Source: Octopus sinensis (lineage: Eukaryota). Taken from it: 64,000 bases of DNA. Where the stretch lies: positions 25,172,001 to 25,236,000 of the forward strand of contig NC_043012.1 of the NCBI RefSeq assembly GCF_006345805.1, read 5' to 3'. Positions 63,590 to 64,000 of this stretch are shown in pieces. The translations under genes were made by a program, and so were the position numbers. Positions within the stretch are counted from its first letter, which is position 1, and each line of letters opens with the position of its first letter. The notes beneath the pieces were generated by a model. It worked only from the letters and a program-made list of their open reading frames with translations. It did no database searches and was not told the DNA's origin.

Positions 63590-63624
63590 GTTTCTGACGA
63601 AGAGCTCCGCTCGAAACGTAAGAC
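63590..63624 (+). ncRNA. Minimal hammerhead ribozyme with intact core, in PLE-like fragment 63530-63730
   Basis: GTTT-CTGACGA-A-GAGC-TCC-GCTC-GAAA-CG-TA-AGAC; palindromic ACGT, GUA triplet. Confidence 0.75.
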
Positions 63625-63870
63625 CCTCCTTCTTCCCTTCCTTCCTGAGCGTCCAATAACACTATATTTGTTCCACGTCCTCGCGTTGTTGTGTTTTCTC
63701 TTTGTGTTTTCATGTTTGGATTAACTTATATATATACCATTCTGCTTAAATAATGGAACTGCAGATACAATATCCATGCGTATCTCACGTGTTTTTATTC
63801 CTCCACTCCACTCCACTCTGTATTTCATATCTTCTCTATAATAACTATTACTTAAACATTTTCTCGCACC

Positions 63871-63918
63871 GTCTCTGATGAAGGGATATATAAAATGTCC
63901 CGGAAACAGCTGCAAGGC
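63871..63918 (+). ncRNA. Hammerhead motif, U16.1C variant, in PLE-like fragment 63750-63985
   Basis: GTCT-CTGATGA-A-GGGAT..GTCCC-G-GAAA-CAGCTG-CA-AGGC. Confidence 0.6.
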
Positions 63919-64000
63919 CTTCTTTTTATAAATGTTCTGAAAACTATTCACAGACTTGGATTTTTTAATCCCATTCTATTAATTATATATATATATGTAT

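Overview
AT-rich, microsatellite-dense eukaryotic DNA, mostly intronic or intergenic. The repeat families (tRNA-derived CORE-like SINEs, decayed mariners, RTE/CR1/Tx1 LINE fragments, abundant (TA)n) look cephalopod, probably Octopus; this is an inference from recognition, not a database hit. There are no operons, CRISPR arrays, rRNA or intact tRNA genes. The only convincing host coding feature is a 112-nt + strand exon (55015-55126) encoding the start of a synaptotagmin-like C2 domain. Most ORF-track entries are microsatellite or transposon translations. The main unexpected signal is at least 13 hammerhead-ribozyme (HHR) motifs (CUGANGA...GAAA...NUH) plus several half-motifs. They have short palindromic helix III sequences of several different types, like the minimal, dimer-forming HHRs of Penelope-like elements. 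They occur in the loops of long fold-back elements, between 136-bp direct repeats (a retrozyme-like unit with a U3:A8 compensated core), behind a tRNA SINE head, and as variants with 59-116 nt helix II insertions. Other observations include SINE multimers inside a single TSD, SINE head/tail shuffling, a minisatellite derived from mariner coding sequence, and (TA)n-centred inverted duplications. All coordinates and identities were read by eye; repeat edges are approximate.
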